From Cyanophyceae cyanobacterium (GTDB lineage Bacteria; Cyanobacteriota; Cyanobacteriia; Cyanobacteriales; Laspinemataceae), in the NCBI GenBank assembly GCA_038321985.1, contig JBBQFN010000007.1, forward strand, positions 128,001 to 192,000: DNA of 64,000 bases, in the 5' to 3' direction. The notes beneath the pieces are model-generated. The model was not told where the DNA came from. It made no database searches and saw only the letters and a program-made list of their open reading frames with translations. Position 1 is the stretch's first letter. Each line of letters opens with the position of its first letter. Positions 60,987 through 64,000 of this stretch are shown piece by piece. Both the position numbers and the translations under genes were made by a program.

Positions 60987-63900
60987 ATGGAATCAACCCA
61001 GATGAATAATCCTAAAAATCCTCGATTTAAGAATCGAAGGTCTCGCCAAAATTTAACCACTTTCAACCCACCGCCGCAACCGCGAGTACAATCATTACAC
61101 CCTGGGGAAGCAGCGGTCCTGGGGGGACAAATCCTGTGGACAGCCAATGCGCTCGGGGCAATAACTCACTTGAACCCCACCTGGCAAACCTATACGGGAA
61201 TGGATCTAGAAGCATCCTTGGCTTGGGGCTTTTTACAAGCCTTACACCCCGAGGATAGACCGCTTTGGCATCGGACCTTCGCGGGGGAAGAAACCTCCGT
61301 AGATTTACCCCAAAAACGCTTAGGGGTGGTGGTTTGGGAAATGGAACTGCGCCTGTTAGGAATTGACGGAATCTACCGCTGGATGCTGGTGCAGGCGGTT
61401 CCTACTTGGGGTAAAAATGGCGAAGTTGTGGCATGGGCAGGAACCTATACAGATATTGACTCCCTCAAGCAAACCCAACTCCAACTCCAAGAAAAACAGG
61501 AATTTATAGAAAATGTAATTGCCTCCTGTTCGGAGGCAATTATCGCTGGGGATGCCAATGGAACCATCCAAATTTTTAATCAAGCCGCACAAAAGTTATA
61601 TGGTGCAGCCGAGGAAAAATCCTCAGCGATCGCCCTAAAATCCGGTCAAACGGGTGAGAAATTAGTATCCGGTTTCCACCTATCCCGTTCAACCGCTCAA
61701 GACTCTATGGGTAATGTTCCGGGAAACTCAGAAGTTGTGGAGGAAACATCAACCCCCCTAGAAACATTGCCGTTAGAGGAGGCGTTACAGACCGAATTTC
61801 CATCAGAGAAAGAGTTAGTTTTAGTTCCTAAATCAGGACAAACCCGGATTATCCTCGGCAACAGTAACCCAATTTTTAATCCAGGGGGTATCAAATTAGG
61901 GGCGGTGACTCTCATGCGGGATATTACCCAACGTAAACAGCGAGAACAAGCCTGTTTTACCCTCTACGCCGAAACTCAGCAACAAGTTCGGGTGCTCCAT
62001 ACCCAACTCTTAGAAAGCGATCGCCGATCGCCCCTGCAACACCCCCCCCTACCCCCGGCAACAGCCCCGGAATCCGTAGAGGAGTCGGGAGGTCAAACCC
62101 TTCCCCAGACAGAAAATGAGACGGAATTCCAGGAATTCGCCGAACTTTTCCAAGCCTTGAATATAATTAGCCCTTATGATATGGCGGGTCTTCTTTGGGA
62201 CCGGAAGGGGGAATTGCAAGGGGTGATGGATTGTCATCGGCTGCTGGCTGATTCCCTGTGGGAGCGCTTAGAAAAACTACTCCTCGGAGTATTCCCGGAC
62301 GCCAAACGGCGATCGCTGGACCCAGAAGCGGTGGTATGGTCGATTAGTTTACCGGAAGGGTCGGGGGACGATGAAACCCCTATCACGGAACTGGCTTCAA
62401 TGCTTCTGTTTCCCATTATGGGCAGAAGTAACCCTCAGCCAGTGGGACTGCTATTTTTAGTCGCCGAAGGGCGATCGCCTATGAGCGCCTATCAGCTAGG
62501 TTTGCTTGAGGGGTTAGTGCAGCAGGTATCAGAAACCCTACAAAGGCTTTTCCCCTCCTACTTGGCTTCTTCATCCCTAGAAGGGGGTTCCGGAAATAGC
62601 CGCTGCGATCGCCCGGGAAACTCCCTAGAAAACCCCACAGTTGGCTTCTTGGAGTCCCCAGGATCCGCAGAAATTGCCCCAGAGAACCTCGCCGCCACTG
62701 CCGAGGAAAGGGGTCAAGCCACTCCAACCGAACGGCAGAGTAACCACAGCCGATGCGATCGCGATCGGGCTTCCGCTGCCTCTGCTTCCAACCAACCCTC
62801 ACCAGACAACCGGGGCGCTCTTCCGGTAGAAGTTTTTTCCCTCTTATCCCAAGCCTTCAACCCAAGTCGGTCCCCCCACCCCCAAAACCTGACTGGAGCC
62901 TCTCCTGTGCTAGCGGGGGGGGAACCGTTAGCGTTGAACGATCCCAGCAACCGCAGCATAAACCACTCCCGCGAGGCAGTTTCCAACTGTTCAGAATCCT
63001 TTCCCTGTTCCCCAGACTCCCCGGATCCAAACCCCAAGCCAGGGGTTGAGAGTTCTAGGGTTCAGAAAAACTATCCCCCGGGGGAGAGCGATCTCCTTTA
63101 CGATAGCGTCAACTATTGCCGTGAGATGGAAGGGTGGAATGCCCGGGAAAAAATGTCCGAACCCACCATCACCGAGGGACCATCAGACCCTCCTACTTCG
63201 GGAGAGGCAACTGGGGACGAAGGAATTCTCATCTATGATGCACATGGAATTCTTACCACCTGCAATCCCAGTGCGGAAAGGATTTTAGGCTTAAAAGCCG
63301 GGGAACTAATCGGACGATCTTATCAAGAACCCGGATATTCAAGCGTACTCAGCGACGGTTCACCCCTGGAAGGCGATCGCCATCCCGTCGCGGTTACCTT
63401 CCAAACGGGACAACCCCAATCCCATACCATTTTGGGGATTTACAAACCCGATCAAACCCTCACCTGGATCTCCCTGGACGTTCAACTCCTATTTGATAAC
63501 GATTTTGATAATGAGGAGCGCCATCCCTGTGCTGTTATTGCCTGCTTCCGGCAGATGGATAGTACCACCGAAGGTGAACATTCCAGGGAACAGGGCCAAC
63601 CCCAGTATCAGTTCATTGTCGAACAATCTAAAGACTTAATCGCTCGGCACAGTCCCCGGGGAATTTATTTGTATGCTTCCAGTGCCAGTTGTTGTCTGTT
63701 GGGATACGAACCCGGGGAACTGATCGGGCAAAGTATTTATGGGTTTGTTCACCGCGAGGATGTGGCTACGGTGAGCCAAATTTTGAATAGCTTAAGCCGG
63801 GAATCAGCCCCCGATCGCGTAACCTATCGCCATCGGCGCAAAGATGGAACTTATGTTTGGTTGGAAACCACCCTTCGACTTGCCCTTAACCCTGAGCGAG

Positions 63901-64000
63901 GGCTGGAACCTGAAGCGATCGCCGTTTCCCGAGATATCACCCCGCGCAAGGAGAACGAAGAAAAAACTTTCGCTCTCAATCAGGAGTTAAATTGCCTAGT
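60987..64000 (+). CDS. Large multi-PAS sensor protein (probably a histidine kinase), 3' truncated
   Basis: ATG at 60987; the segments I translated by hand are in one frame that is still open at the window end (~1000 codons). PAS folds: ILWTAN..G..THLN.TWQTYTG...LHPEDR; EGILIYDAHG..TTCNPSAERILG; LIARHSPRG.YLYAS....LLGYEPGEL.G...RHRRKDGTYVWLET. Confidence 0.88.
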   Translation, partial: MESTQMNNPKNPRFKNRRSRQNLTTFNPPPQPRVQSLHPGEAAVLGGQILWTANALGAITHLNPTWQTYTGMDLEASLAWGFLQALHPEDRPLWHRTFAGEETSVDLPQKRLGVVVWEMELRLLGIDGIYRWMLVQAVPTWGKNGEVVAWAGTYTDIDSLKQTQLQLQEKQEFIENVIASCSEAIIAGDANGTIQIFNQAAQKLYGAAEEKSSAIALKSGQTGEKLVSGFHLSRSTAQDSMGNVPGNSEVVEETSTPLETLPLEEALQTEFPSEKELVLVPKSGQTRIILGNSNPIFNPGGIKLGAVTLMRDITQRKQREQACFTLYAETQQQVRVLHTQLLESDRRSPLQHPPLPPATAPESVEESGGQTLPQTENETEFQEFAELFQALNIISPYDMAGLLWDRKGELQGVMDCHRLLADSLWERLEKLLLGVFPDAKRRSLDPEAVVWSISLPEGSGDDETPITELASMLLFPIMGRSNPQPVGLLFLVAEGRSPMSAYQLGLLEGLVQQVSETLQRLFPSYLASSSLEGGSGNSRCDRPGNSLENPTVGFLESPGSAEIAPENLAATAEERGQATPTERQSNHSRCDRDRASAASASNQPSPDNRGALPVEVFSLLSQAFNPSRSPHPQNLTGASPVLAGGEPLALNDPSNRSINHSREAVSNCSESFPCSPDSPDPNPKPGVESSRVQKNYPPGESDLLYDSVNYCREMEGWNAREKMSEPTITEGPSDPPTSGEATGDEGILIYDAHGILTTCNPSAERILGLKAGELIGRSYQEPGYSSVLSDGSPLEGDRHPVAVTFQTGQPQSHTILGIYKPDQTLTWISLDVQLLFDNDFDNEERHPCAVIACFRQMDSTTEGEHSREQGQPQYQFIVEQSKDLIARHSPRGIYLYASSASCCLLGYEPGELIGQSIYGFVHREDVATVSQILNSLSRESAPDRVTYRHRRKDGTYVWLETTLRLALNPERGLEPEAIAVSRDITPRKENEEKTFALNQELNCL

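Noticed and set aside
638..63288. Numerous 60-170-aa ORFs antisense to or out of frame within real genes
   Set aside because: Shadow ORFs of well-supported CDSs, with no protein motifs.

Overview
A chromosomal window from a filamentous cyanobacterium, most likely Oscillatoriales (Laspinema/Oscillatoria acuminata-like). This is inferred from dense HIP1 octamers (GCGATCGC), cyanobacterial marker genes and the repeat families present. The first ~33 kb is mostly housekeeping: ebsA, mgdA, dnaX, pex, mltG-yqeG-proB, nagZ-rbfA, an orphan Dam-type methylase, nanE, cikA and cobN. From 33.6 to 50.9 kb is an all-minus-strand signal-transduction island. It has a PhnD-like lipoprotein coupled to a HAMP kinase, a PAS-GGDEF-EAL protein, and two apparently soluble histidine kinases, one with a PilJ/NarX (nitrate-type) sensor and one with a UrtA (urea/amide-binding) domain. 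Each of those two kinases is preceded by a GTA-N8-TAC (NtcA-type) box. A CHASE adenylate cyclase and a PP2C phosphatase close the island. After ndhM comes a general-stress cluster (EcsC/TerB-like, DJ-1/PfpI-ferritin fusion, Dps, YihY) next to a NarL regulator and a large multi-PAS sensor that runs off the end of the window. The cluster's intergenic regions share a palindrome, TCTAYC-N4-GRTAGA. One small soluble protein in the cluster carries the HliA/Psb34 N-terminal motif. No rRNA, tRNA, CRISPR array, transposase or prophage was seen. All calls come from reading the sequence by eye; no database search was run.
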